Origin: Acidobacteriota bacterium
GTDB taxonomy: Bacteria; Acidobacteriota; UBA6911
Direction: 5' to 3'
NCBI GenBank assembly: GCA_963664705.1
Contig: OY761556.1
Span: forward strand, 3,328,001 to 3,392,000
DNA length: 64,000 nucleotides
The notes under the pieces were generated by a model. The model was not told where the DNA came from, did not search any database, and saw only the letters and a list, made by a program, of their open reading frames with translations. The translations under genes and the position numbers were made by a program. Shown one piece after another: positions 42,037 to 50,532 of the stretch; position 1 is the first letter of the stretch, and each line of letters opens with the position of its first letter.

Positions 42037-42054
42037 GCACCTGAAGGAGACCAG

Positions 42055-42534
42055 ATGCAGACAGCTTACATCTCCGCCGGGTCCAACCTTGGCAATCGAA
42101 AAGAAAACCTGGAACTTGCCCTGCAATCCCTGTCCGAGCAGAATTCAATCCTCCTCGTTTCTTCTTTTTTTGAAACGGAACCCGTCGGTTACCTGGATCA
42201 GCCCTGGTTTCTGAATATTGCGATTGCGGTGGAAACGCGGTTCGCCCCTCTGGAATTGTTGCGCCAATGTCAGCACATCGAAAAATCGGGCGGCAGGGTG
42301 CGGACATTTCCGAATGCTCCTCGCACGCTGGACTTGGACATCCTGCTCATCGATACGCTCATAATGAAAGATCCGGAACTGATTATTCCCCATCCGCGGA
42401 TACAGGATCGCAAATTTGTGCTGCAGCCGCTCGCACAGATCGCTCCGGATCTGATCCACCCGGTTTTGCATAAATCCATTCGATCCCTTCTGTTGGATTG
42501 CACCGATCCGTCCGCCGTGCGATTGGTTGAATAA
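42055..42534 (+). CDS. folK: 2-amino-4-hydroxy-6-hydroxymethyldihydropteridine diphosphokinase
   Basis: GSNLG, QPWFLN, PRTLDLDIL, PHPR, FVLQPL. Confidence 0.96.
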   Translation: MQTAYISAGSNLGNRKENLELALQSLSEQNSILLVSSFFETEPVGYLDQPWFLNIAIAVETRFAPLELLRQCQHIEKSGGRVRTFPNAPRTLDLDILLIDTLIMKDPELIIPHPRIQDRKFVLQPLAQIAPDLIHPVLHKSIRSLLLDCTDPSAVRLVE

Positions 42535-42595
42535 CTCCATCCCGAATCCTATGTTCTATTGAATCGTACCGGCACATTCCCGTATCATTCCACCA

Positions 42596-43432
42596 ATGGA
42601 AATAGTGAACAGGGTTTCGCGCATGGCCTCCATCACGGCCAAAACGCTTGTTACCGACGTTAAGATCGGCCTGGTTCCGACTGCCGGAGCCATTACCCCC
42701 GCGCATATCCGTTTGATCCAGGCTGCAAGAAGCATGGCGGATTTGACCATTGTCTCAATATTTGTAAACCGTCTCGAATTTGCCGGCGAGGAGGAATATG
42801 AGCAGTATCCGCGCGACATCACGGCCGATGTGGATATTCTTCGCCGGGAAAATGTGGACTTCGTCTTCGCCCCGAATGATGAGGAGATATACCCTCCCAA
42901 TTTCGCGACTTACGTAGAAGTTCAGAGATCGGGCAGCGAATTGGCCGGACTGCCGCCTTCCCTTTTCAAGGGGGTCGGGACAGGCGCCCTCAAAATACTC
43001 CACCTGACCAAGCCGGCATACAGCTTCTATAGCGAACATAATGCCCTGCGGGCGGCCATTTTGAGAAAAATGGTCCGCGACCTCAACATCAGCACGGAGG
43101 TTGTGATATCCCCCGCTGAACGCGCGACTTCGGGACTGGCCCACTCTGGAATGAATCGGCTTTTGAATGAAACCCAATTGGCCGCGGCGGTTGTCTTCTA
43201 TCGCAGCCTGCTGGCTGCCCAAAACGCAATAACGGCGGGAGAAACCAATTCCAAGAAGATCCTGGCCGAGCTATCCCGCGTTGTCGGAACAGAACCGCTC
43301 GCCAGACTGGAATATGCCGCCATTCTGGATCCGGACCAATTGGAACCGCCCTCCAAAATCCAGGGTCAGGTCCTCATTGCGGTTGGCGGCCGGATAGGTA
43401 ACGTCCCTCTGCACGATGCAATCCTCGTTTAA
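42596..43432 (+). CDS. Pantoate-beta-alanine ligase homologue with degenerate catalytic motifs
   Basis: PanC scaffold (GLVPT, VSIFVN, QYPR, VFAP..EEIYP, KMVRDL) but HxGH, RPGHF, GxKD and MSSRN motifs are replaced. Confidence 0.8.
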   Translation: MEIVNRVSRMASITAKTLVTDVKIGLVPTAGAITPAHIRLIQAARSMADLTIVSIFVNRLEFAGEEEYEQYPRDITADVDILRRENVDFVFAPNDEEIYPPNFATYVEVQRSGSELAGLPPSLFKGVGTGALKILHLTKPAYSFYSEHNALRAAILRKMVRDLNISTEVVISPAERATSGLAHSGMNRLLNETQLAAAVVFYRSLLAAQNAITAGETNSKKILAELSRVVGTEPLARLEYAAILDPDQLEPPSKIQGQVLIAVGGRIGNVPLHDAILV

Positions 43433-44110
43433 TCCACGTTTTTGCAGCATCTAAATGGCCTTGATTAGTTTTTATATTTGAACCGCGAAGACCTCGAAGA
43501 CCGCAAAGATTTTTTGCTCATTTTGCTGCTGGGCAATGTGTATGAAGTATCAAGGATGGAATCCAGCGTATGATCTGGCGAGAACGATAACCGCAAGACC
43601 TGCAAAAATATTTTCTTTGCGGTCTTCGAGGTCTTCGCGGTTAATGGGGCTACTATTTCGGTCAAGTCAGGTTGGAACCGCCCTCCAAAATCCAGGGTCA
43701 GGTCCTCATTGCGGTTGGCGGCCGGATAGGTAACGTCCCTCTGCATGATGCAATCCTCGTTTAATCCACGTTTTTGCAGCATTTAAATGGCCTTGGTTAG
43801 TTTTATATTTGAACCGCAAAGACCTCGAAGACCGCAAAGATTTTTTGGCTCATTTTGCTGCTGGGCAATGTGTATGAAGTATCAAGGATGGAATCCAGCG
43901 TATGATCTGGCGAGAACGATAACCGCAAGACCTGCAAAAATATTTTCTTTGCGGTCTTCGAGGTCTTCGCGGTTAATGGGGCTACTATTTCGGTCAAGTC
44001 AGGCTGGAACCGCCCTCCAAAATCCAGGGTCAGGTCCTCATTGCGGTTGGCGGCCGGATAGGTAACGTCCCTCTGCACGATGCAATCCTCGTTTAATCCA
44101 CGTTTTTGCA
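43341..44110. repeat. Tandem direct repeat, 332-bp unit, about 2.3 copies
   Basis: TGGAACCGCCCTCCAAAATCC starts at 43341, 43673 and 44005; copies differ by a few substitutions and 1-bp indels. Confidence 0.95.
43481..43642. mobile_element. MITE/REP-like element with 29-bp inverted ends (copy 1; copy 2 at 43812-43974)
   Basis: AACCGCGAAGACCTCGAAGACCGCAAAGA (43481-43509) is the exact reverse complement of 43614-43642; no transposase. Confidence 0.5.
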
Positions 44111-44159
44111 ACATCGTCGCAAAATATGCGTATAAATTGATGTTGGAAGCTTGTGCGAA

Positions 44160-44189
44160 TTGAATAGAATTTTCATGCTGTGCTATGAT
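44160..44189 (+). promoter_or_regulatory. Promoter candidate for dacB-moaD-moaE
   Basis: TTGAAT-N18-TATGAT with extended -10 TG. Confidence 0.5.
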
Positions 44190-44272
44190 AGCGCCGATGT
44201 TAATTGAATGAACGATTTCGGCCGATCAGGGAAACAGTCGATGTTCCGATTTCAGGCAGGGAGGATTTAGGG

Positions 44273-45742
44273 TTGTCAAAGCGTTCCCGCAAACTGACCA
44301 TGTTATTCGTTCTGGTCTGCTTCATTTGCCCGGTTCTTGGCTGGGCCGATCCGCTGGAAGCCATTCAGACCAAAATCTCTCAGTATCTGAAACGCCCCGG
44401 AGTTCGTTCCGCCTACTGGGGCATGCAAATCCTTGATCCATCCAATGGGAAGGTCCTTATCGAGGTAAACCCCGACAAGACTTTCCTGCCTGCATCCGTT
44501 CTCAAAGTCGTAACCACCTCTACCGCGCTTGAAAAACTGGGTCCTGACTTTAAATACAAAACGGGCGTGTATACAAATGGAGCCGTCGATCCGGATGGTA
44601 CGGTCAGCGGAGATCTGATACTGGTTGGCCGCGGGGATCCAAATCTGACCGATCCGTATGGGGAATTGCTCGAAAAACCAGTCTTTCGCGAATTTGCCGA
44701 GAAGTTGCAGAGCGCCGGAGTAAAGAGGATCAAGGGAGACGTCGTTGGGGACGACAGCTATTTCGACCTGAAAAGCTATGGCAAGGGCTGGACGTCGCGA
44801 GATCTCAAATCTCTGTACGGTGCTCCTATCAATGCGCTAAGCATCAATAACAATGTACTTTGGGTATATGCAAATCCGGGCAAGCGCAACAAGCTTGTCG
44901 GCATTGACGTTGAGCCGCGAACCTCCTATTTCCATATCCGAAACCTGGGCGTCACGGGCGGCAAAAAATCCAGACGCACGATCAACGTTCGCCTGATCCC
45001 CGGAACAAGAACTATTGTTGTTTCCGGAGTGCTGCCCGCCAACCAAACGTACGGCAATTATGTCCTTCTGGAAAGGCCGGCGGAAGTAGCGGCGACCATG
45101 CTGAAGGAAGAGCTGGAACGTCATGGAATTTCGGTGCGCGGCAATGTCTCGGCTCTGCACGAAGGAGAAGTCTCCGATGACGAGCGCGCAGGATGGAATC
45201 TGCTTGCGGAACACCAGTCCCCTCCGTTAATTCGTGCCCTGCAGATTATCAATAAGAGAAGCCAGAATCTGCATGCGGAAATGCTGCTTCGGACGCTGGG
45301 CGCGGAATTCAAAGGGAAAGGGACAAACGAGGACGGGCTTGAAGTGGTTCGGGAGTTTCTGGTGGATGCCGGCGTCGACAGCGAAAAGATCCGGCTGAAC
45401 GACGGATGTGGTCTTTCCAGGGAAAATTTCGTCACGCCTCGCTTCCAGACTTCCCTGCTTCAGTTTCTGTCAAAACGCCCCTATTTCGATTTATTCCTCG
45501 ACACACTGGCCATCAGCGGAACAGACGGCACGCTCAGAAACCGGCTTTCCGCCAATGAGGTCCGGGGCTCGATTCATGCCAAGACCGGAACACTGAACGG
45601 AGTCAACACACTGTCCGGATATATAACGACCAAATCCGGCCGGAATCTTGTTTTTAGTATTTTCGCCAATCACGTCAATGCGACAGCTCGTGTAAAGAAG
45701 ACCATTGACGAAATCTGCTCACTTTTTGTGAATCTCTACTGA
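44273..45742 (+). CDS. dacB: D-alanyl-D-alanine carboxypeptidase/endopeptidase (PBP4, peptidase S13)
   Basis: PASVLK, GRGDP, SQNLHAE, DGCGLSR, AKTGTL; start inferred from GAGG RBS. Confidence 0.92.
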   Translation: MSKRSRKLTMLFVLVCFICPVLGWADPLEAIQTKISQYLKRPGVRSAYWGMQILDPSNGKVLIEVNPDKTFLPASVLKVVTTSTALEKLGPDFKYKTGVYTNGAVDPDGTVSGDLILVGRGDPNLTDPYGELLEKPVFREFAEKLQSAGVKRIKGDVVGDDSYFDLKSYGKGWTSRDLKSLYGAPINALSINNNVLWVYANPGKRNKLVGIDVEPRTSYFHIRNLGVTGGKKSRRTINVRLIPGTRTIVVSGVLPANQTYGNYVLLERPAEVAATMLKEELERHGISVRGNVSALHEGEVSDDERAGWNLLAEHQSPPLIRALQIINKRSQNLHAEMLLRTLGAEFKGKGTNEDGLEVVREFLVDAGVDSEKIRLNDGCGLSRENFVTPRFQTSLLQFLSKRPYFDLFLDTLAISGTDGTLRNRLSANEVRGSIHAKTGTLNGVNTLSGYITTKSGRNLVFSIFANHVNATARVKKTIDEICSLFVNLY

Positions 45743-45987
45743 TGAGTATCCGGGTTCTTTTCTTTGCTTCTCTGGCCGACATCACAGGAATGAGGGAAAC
45801 GACCGCAGATGCGGCTGTGGTCACGGATGTTAATTCCGTCTTCAATCTGTTCGTCCAGAGGTTTCCCGCTCTCGAGAAACACCGCTCCTCTGTCATGATT
45901 GCACTCAATACCGAGTTTGCACGACCGGGATCTCCGGTTAAAGACGGGGATGAGCTTGCCTTTTTCCCGCCTGTCAGCGGAGGTTAA
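45742..45987 (+). CDS. moaD: Molybdopterin synthase sulfur carrier subunit
   Basis: VLFFASL, C-terminal FFPPVSGG. Confidence 0.93.
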   Translation: MSIRVLFFASLADITGMRETTADAAVVTDVNSVFNLFVQRFPALEKHRSSVMIALNTEFARPGSPVKDGDELAFFPPVSGG

Positions 45988-45988
45988 A

Positions 45989-46399
45989 GTGTTCAGCCTT
46001 GTCCGAGATCTAATCGACATCCAAGCAGTTGTCGCAGCTCTTCAAAAACCGGAAGATGGGGCCGTAATCGTCTTCGATGGCGTGGTCAGAAACAATGCCC
46101 GGAATAAAGCCGTGCGGTTTCTCGAATATGACGCCTATGAATCGATGGCATTAAGAAAGATCGAGGAGATCGGCTCCCGTGCCAGAAGCGAATATGATAT
46201 TCGCGATATTGCCATCGTGCACCGTTTGGGACATATGGAAGTTGGCGAATGCAGCATTGTCATTGCGGTGGCCTCCGCTCACCGCGGCCCGGCGTTCGAT
46301 GCCTGCCGGTTTGCCATCGATACCATCAAGCAGATTGTTCCGATTTGGAAAAAAGAGTTTTACGAAGATGGCGAGGTCTGGATTGAAGGAGGCCATTAG
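45989..46399 (+). CDS. moaE: Molybdopterin synthase catalytic subunit
   Basis: GAVIVFDGVVR, LEYDAY, HRLG, SAHR, PIWKKE; GTG start. Confidence 0.95.
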   Translation: MFSLVRDLIDIQAVVAALQKPEDGAVIVFDGVVRNNARNKAVRFLEYDAYESMALRKIEEIGSRARSEYDIRDIAIVHRLGHMEVGECSIVIAVASAHRGPAFDACRFAIDTIKQIVPIWKKEFYEDGEVWIEGGH

Positions 46400-46401
46400 A
46401 A

Positions 46402-46471
46402 AATTACGAATTACGAATGACGAATTACGAATGACGAATTACGAATGACGAATTACGAATGACGAATTGCG
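46402..46471. repeat. Heptamer tandem repeat (AAT[T/G]ACG)x10
   Basis: Ten consecutive units, mostly alternating AATTACG/AATGACG, last unit AATTGCG. Confidence 0.95.
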
Positions 46472-46492
46472 GAATGGACAATTCGTCACTTG

Positions 46493-47092
46493 TTACAATT
46501 CGTGGCGGTGTTCAAGGGCCTTGGACATCGTAACCTCGTCTGCAAATTCAAGGTCAGATCCCACCGGCACGCCAAGTGCAATGCGGCTTACTTTCAGACC
46601 AATCGGCTTCAGAAGTTTGGCGATGTAGATCGCGGTGGCCTCTCCTTCCACATTCGGATTGGTTGCCAGAATAATCTCCTTCACATTTCCGTCACGCAAA
46701 CGTTCCAGGAGGTTCTTCAGCATCAGATGCTCGGGCCCCATGCCGTTTATGGGGGAAAGAACCCCGTGCAGGACATGATACTGTCCGTGATATTCGCGCG
46801 TTTTCTCGATCGCGAGAATATCGTTGGGCTCTTCAACCACGCAGATGATCTCGGCAGACCTTCCGGCGCTGCTGCAGAAATTGCAGGGGTCCCGATCAGA
46901 AAAATTGTTGCACCGGGAGCAGTAGCGGATTTTGTCCTTCACATCAAGAATAGCGCGGCTCAAGCGTTCGGCGTCTTCTCTCGGGCGGCGCAGCACGCTG
47001 TAGGCCAACCGCTGCGCGCTCTTGAGCCCCACGCCCGGCAGTTTGCGGAATTCATCGATCAGTCTTTCGATAGGCTCCGCGTAGTCGCTCAT
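46493..47092 (-). CDS. recR: Recombination mediator RecR
   Basis: [14 protein letters not shown]4 zinc finger, YHVLHG, EGEATA, EFADEVT. Confidence 0.97.
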   Translation of the reverse strand: MSDYAEPIERLIDEFRKLPGVGLKSAQRLAYSVLRRPREDAERLSRAILDVKDKIRYCSRCNNFSDRDPCNFCSSAGRSAEIICVVEEPNDILAIEKTREYHGQYHVLHGVLSPINGMGPEHLMLKNLLERLRDGNVKEIILATNPNVEGEATAIYIAKLLKPIGLKVSRIALGVPVGSDLEFADEVTMSKALEHRHEL

Positions 47093-48807
47093 GTATCTAT
47101 TTTTTCAGCCCTTACAGGACCGGGGAAGACGTCAAGAAAGGATCGGACAACCGGCTCTTTTTTAACCTTTTCCAGAAGGTTCTCTTCAGCAGGAGATGTT
47201 TTTACCTCAGGCTCGGGCCGTGGGGCGGCCTTTTTTTCCGGTTCTCCAATCTCCACTCTGACAGCGGTCCCCAATATTCTGGAAGCCGCCTGCGAAATGT
47301 CGGTCAGGTTGTCCCGAATCAACCGGCGGGCAAATTCGCTTGTCTTCCCCGGATCCAGAATGACGCGCGATCCCTCCGCACGGGCACCTGCAAATCCCAG
47401 GAGACAGGATTCGAGCGATCCTCTTTCAACGGCCGCCGCGATCCTTGGCAGGAGTTCTCCGGAGTCACCGGCATGGTCCGGCATGTTTGTCATCGCGGTT
47501 GCAGGTGCTTGAGGAGTCTCCGACTCCAGTCTTTCCGGCTTGGAAGGACCGGGTTGCGGCAACGAAACGGCAGGTCGGGACGGAGGCTCGGGCGCTCGAT
47601 TCGGAATTCGCGCACTCCCCGGGCCAGCCCCTCCCGGAGTGTTCCCGGCGGGCGGCCTCGGATCTCCGCCAGCGGCACCGGCAGAAAACTCGGAAATCAG
47701 TTCCTCAAGCGGACGAAGCTGCGCAATCTGAGCCAGCTCAATGAGTCCCATTTCCATCTGGAACCGGACCTGGGTCGCATACTTCATCCCGGTCTCAATT
47801 TTCTGAAAGGCATCAAAGAGCCGCAGCAGGTCTTCCTTTGAGAAAAGCTCCGCCTGCTCCCGCAATTCCGGAAGCGTGCTCTCCGGAATTCCCAGGAGTG
47901 CAGGATCCGCAATCCCGGCCTTCAGAACCATGAGATTGCGAAATTGTCCGGAAAGCCGCCGGCAGAAATTGGTAAGATCCTGCCCGGATTCAACAAGTTC
48001 TGCGACAACCCTCAGCAGAACCGGCAGATCGGTTGCAGCGATGGCACGAACGGTCTGACTGAGAACTCTTGGAGCCACCAGTCCGAGCAGTTTTGTGACA
48101 TCGTCATCCCCGACCTGGTTTCCGCTGAAAGCGATTACCTGGTCGAGAGCGGACATTGCATCCCGCATGCTGCCGCCGCTCGAAAAAACCACCTGTTCCA
48201 GGGCTCCATGGCTTATTTGAATCCCCTCCGTTTTGGATATTTCGTCCAGCCGCGACAGGATCAACGGATATGGAATAAGCTTGAAGCTATATTGCTGACA
48301 GCGGGAAAGTATCGTTGCAGGGATCTTGTGGTACTCCGTGGTCGCCATGATAAACGCAACGTGCGCCGGAGGTTCTTCCAGGGTCTTCAGCAACGCGGCA
48401 AATGCCGAATTGCTGAGCATGTGGACTTCATCAATGATAAAGATCTTATGCCGATCCCGTGCCGGGTTATACCTTGACTGCTCAATAAGTTGCCGGACAT
48501 CGTCTACGCTTGTTTTGGATGCGGCATCGATTTCGAGGACGTCAATGGAGTTGCCCGCGACTATCTCGGTACAGGCAGCACAATGCCCGCACGGTTCCCC
48601 CAGTTTCCCGCCATGGCAGTTCAGCGCCTTGGCAAGAATCCTGGCCATGGTGGTCTTTCCACATCCGCGCGGACCGGAAAACAGGAAAGCGTGAGCGACT
48701 CGTCCGCTCTGCAGGGCATTCAGCAGCGTTCGGGAAACGTGCTCCTGACCTACAACATCATGAAAATTCTGGGGACGCCATTTGCGAGCAAGAACTTGAT
48801 ATTGCAT
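47089..48807 (-). CDS. dnaX: DNA polymerase III subunit gamma/tau
   Basis: [36 protein letters not shown]; Pro-rich linker. Confidence 0.97.
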   Translation of the reverse strand: MQYQVLARKWRPQNFHDVVGQEHVSRTLLNALQSGRVAHAFLFSGPRGCGKTTMARILAKALNCHGGKLGEPCGHCAACTEIVAGNSIDVLEIDAASKTSVDDVRQLIEQSRYNPARDRHKIFIIDEVHMLSNSAFAALLKTLEEPPAHVAFIMATTEYHKIPATILSRCQQYSFKLIPYPLILSRLDEISKTEGIQISHGALEQVVFSSGGSMRDAMSALDQVIAFSGNQVGDDDVTKLLGLVAPRVLSQTVRAIAATDLPVLLRVVAELVESGQDLTNFCRRLSGQFRNLMVLKAGIADPALLGIPESTLPELREQAELFSKEDLLRLFDAFQKIETGMKYATQVRFQMEMGLIELAQIAQLRPLEELISEFSAGAAGGDPRPPAGNTPGGAGPGSARIPNRAPEPPSRPAVSLPQPGPSKPERLESETPQAPATAMTNMPDHAGDSGELLPRIAAAVERGSLESCLLGFAGARAEGSRVILDPGKTSEFARRLIRDNLTDISQAASRILGTAVRVEIGEPEKKAAPRPEPEVKTSPAEENLLEKVKKEPVVRSFLDVFPGPVRAEKIDT

Positions 48808-48812
48808 AAGAA

Positions 48813-48926
48813 GATGGGCCGAGCCTCGGGGATCCTGTTGCACATATAGTTGACCTCTTAATGCTGCTTCCTTCCGGACCTGACATGGTTCGAGGGTTAT
48901 ATTGCACAGGGCCCGAGGCCCGTCAC
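48813..48926 (-). ncRNA. ffs: Signal recognition particle RNA (small bacterial type)
   Basis: Minus strand GAACCATGTCAGGTCCGGAAGGAAGCAGCATT core within a long hairpin; classic ffs-dnaX synteny; promoter candidate TTGTGT-N17-TAACAT at 48978-48950. Confidence 0.95.
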
Positions 48927-49185
48927 GGCTCTTTTTAGGCCGAACGCTCATGTTACGGCATCCTCCCTGCGGACACAAGCGCCTTTTAGCGGGTCAAGGG
49001 CAGTAAGTAGCGGCAGCGAGTAGGGGTAGGGAGCGAAGTGATCGCCCCGCACTGTCCATTACCCGCTGTCTACTGACACTGACTACGGACTGACACAGAA
49101 GCTATTGACGAGCGTATTATCATAGTGTCGCTTTGCGCATAAGGTATTTTTTTGCCTTTTAGTTGCTTACACGAAAATGGTGATC

Positions 49186-50532
49186 ATGAAGACATATACC
49201 AAAATGGCGATCCAGCGCCTAACCTGGCCAGCAATAGCTGCTTTTCTTGTCCTCGCTGTGGTATCTGCCGGTTGTGGAACCGGAAGTAATGGAAATACAA
49301 AGGGTGGCCCTCCGGGCAAGATGGGCAAAATGGGGGCTGGACGTGGACCTGCGGCACCGGTTCAGGTCCAGACGACCGAAGTCCGACGGATTTCAGTTCA
49401 ACGTGAAGTGGATCTCGCAGGTTCTCTGGTATCTCCGGACCAGGCAAAGGTTAGCAGTGAAGTTGCCGGTGTCGTTCGTCAGGTGCTTGTTGAACTCGGC
49501 AGCGAGGTAAAGGTCGGGCAGGTTGTTGCCAAAGTTGACCCGACGGAACTTGATTTGGCGCTTCAGCGAGCGAAAAGCCAGCTAAAACAGACCGAAGCGC
49601 AGCTTGGGATTGACGGAGTGCGGTTCAAAGAGCCGCCACCAGACGAGCAGGTATCCTCCGTCCGGCTGGCAACAGCCAACCGGGATGACGCGTTGGCTCA
49701 ACTGAGACGCGCACAGAGGCTCCGGGCTCAGAATCTACTGCCCCAGGCCGATCTCGACACTGCCGAAACGAAGGTAAAGGTGACCGAGGCCAATCTGCAG
49801 GCCGCTCTTGAAACTGTTCAAAGCCTGAAGGCAACGCTGCAGGAAAGACGCCACGCTGTGGAGCTTGCGGAAAAGAAGATGCGCGACACAGACATTCGCG
49901 CCTCGATCGCCGGCCAGGTTGCCGAAAAGCTGGTGCAGCAGGGTGAATTTATCCGCGAAAATACTGCCGTCGTTTCCATTGTTCAGATGAATCCGCTTAA
50001 AGTGAAAACGGCCATCCAGGAACGAAATGCGGGTTTGGTCCGAACCGGCCAGGCTGTGGAATTTGTGGTCGAGTCCTCCCCGGATCTGAAGTTTAAGGGC
50101 AAGGTTGCCTATGTCAGCCCTTCCGTGGATTTGGCTACCCGTACCTTCTCCGTTGAAGTTTTGGTCGACAACGGTGCCCGTCGGTTAAAACCGGGCTTTT
50201 TCGCCAAAGGGGTCATCTATACGAATCGCGACGAAAATGTCCTGGCTGTTACCGAAGAGGCCATTTCACGCCTAGCGGGCGTCTCCAATGTTTATGTAAT
50301 TGAGAATGGAGTGGCTCGTCAGCAATCGGTTACGCTGGGTACACGCGTGGGTGACGCGTTTGAAATCCTGGGCGGTCTAAAGGGGGACGAAACGCTTGCC
50401 TCCAGCAATCTGTCGTTGCTGGCAACCGGAGTGAAGGTAAAAACTTCACAAGCCTCAAATTTGCCGCCAAGCTATCCGGAATCTGCCCCGGGCAGAGGCC
50501 CTTCTGAAAGTAAGCGGGGAGGCCGGCCATGA
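49186..50532 (+). CDS. RND efflux periplasmic adaptor subunit
   Basis: Lipobox-like SAGC, SSEVAGVV, coiled-coil hairpin, TRTF, LKPGFF. Confidence 0.92.
   Translation: MKTYTKMAIQRLTWPAIAAFLVLAVVSAGCGTGSNGNTKGGPPGKMGKMGAGRGPAAPVQVQTTEVRRISVQREVDLAGSLVSPDQAKVSSEVAGVVRQVLVELGSEVKVGQVVAKVDPTELDLALQRAKSQLKQTEAQLGIDGVRFKEPPPDEQVSSVRLATANRDDALAQLRRAQRLRAQNLLPQADLDTAETKVKVTEANLQAALETVQSLKATLQERRHAVELAEKKMRDTDIRASIAGQVAEKLVQQGEFIRENTAVVSIVQMNPLKVKTAIQERNAGLVRTGQAVEFVVESSPDLKFKGKVAYVSPSVDLATRTFSVEVLVDNGARRLKPGFFAKGVIYTNRDENVLAVTEEAISRLAGVSNVYVIENGVARQQSVTLGTRVGDAFEILGGLKGDETLASSNLSLLATGVKVKTSQASNLPPSYPESAPGRGPSESKRGGRP

Noticed and set aside
43341-44110. CRISPR array or DGR template/variable repeat
   Set aside because: Units are 332 bp with near-identical spacers; no cas or reverse transcriptase genes; differences are few and not adenine-specific
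43465-44114. ORFs 43465-43782, 43536-43733, 43787-44065 and 43803-44114
   Set aside because: They are translations of the repeat; 1-bp indels between copies shift frames; no RBS or family motif
46490-47512. 340-aa plus-strand ORF
   Set aside because: Antisense shadow of recR/dnaX
48808-48978. N-terminal extension of DnaX in the ORF track
   Set aside because: It overlaps the SRP RNA and its promoter; the conserved start is MQYQVLARK at 48807
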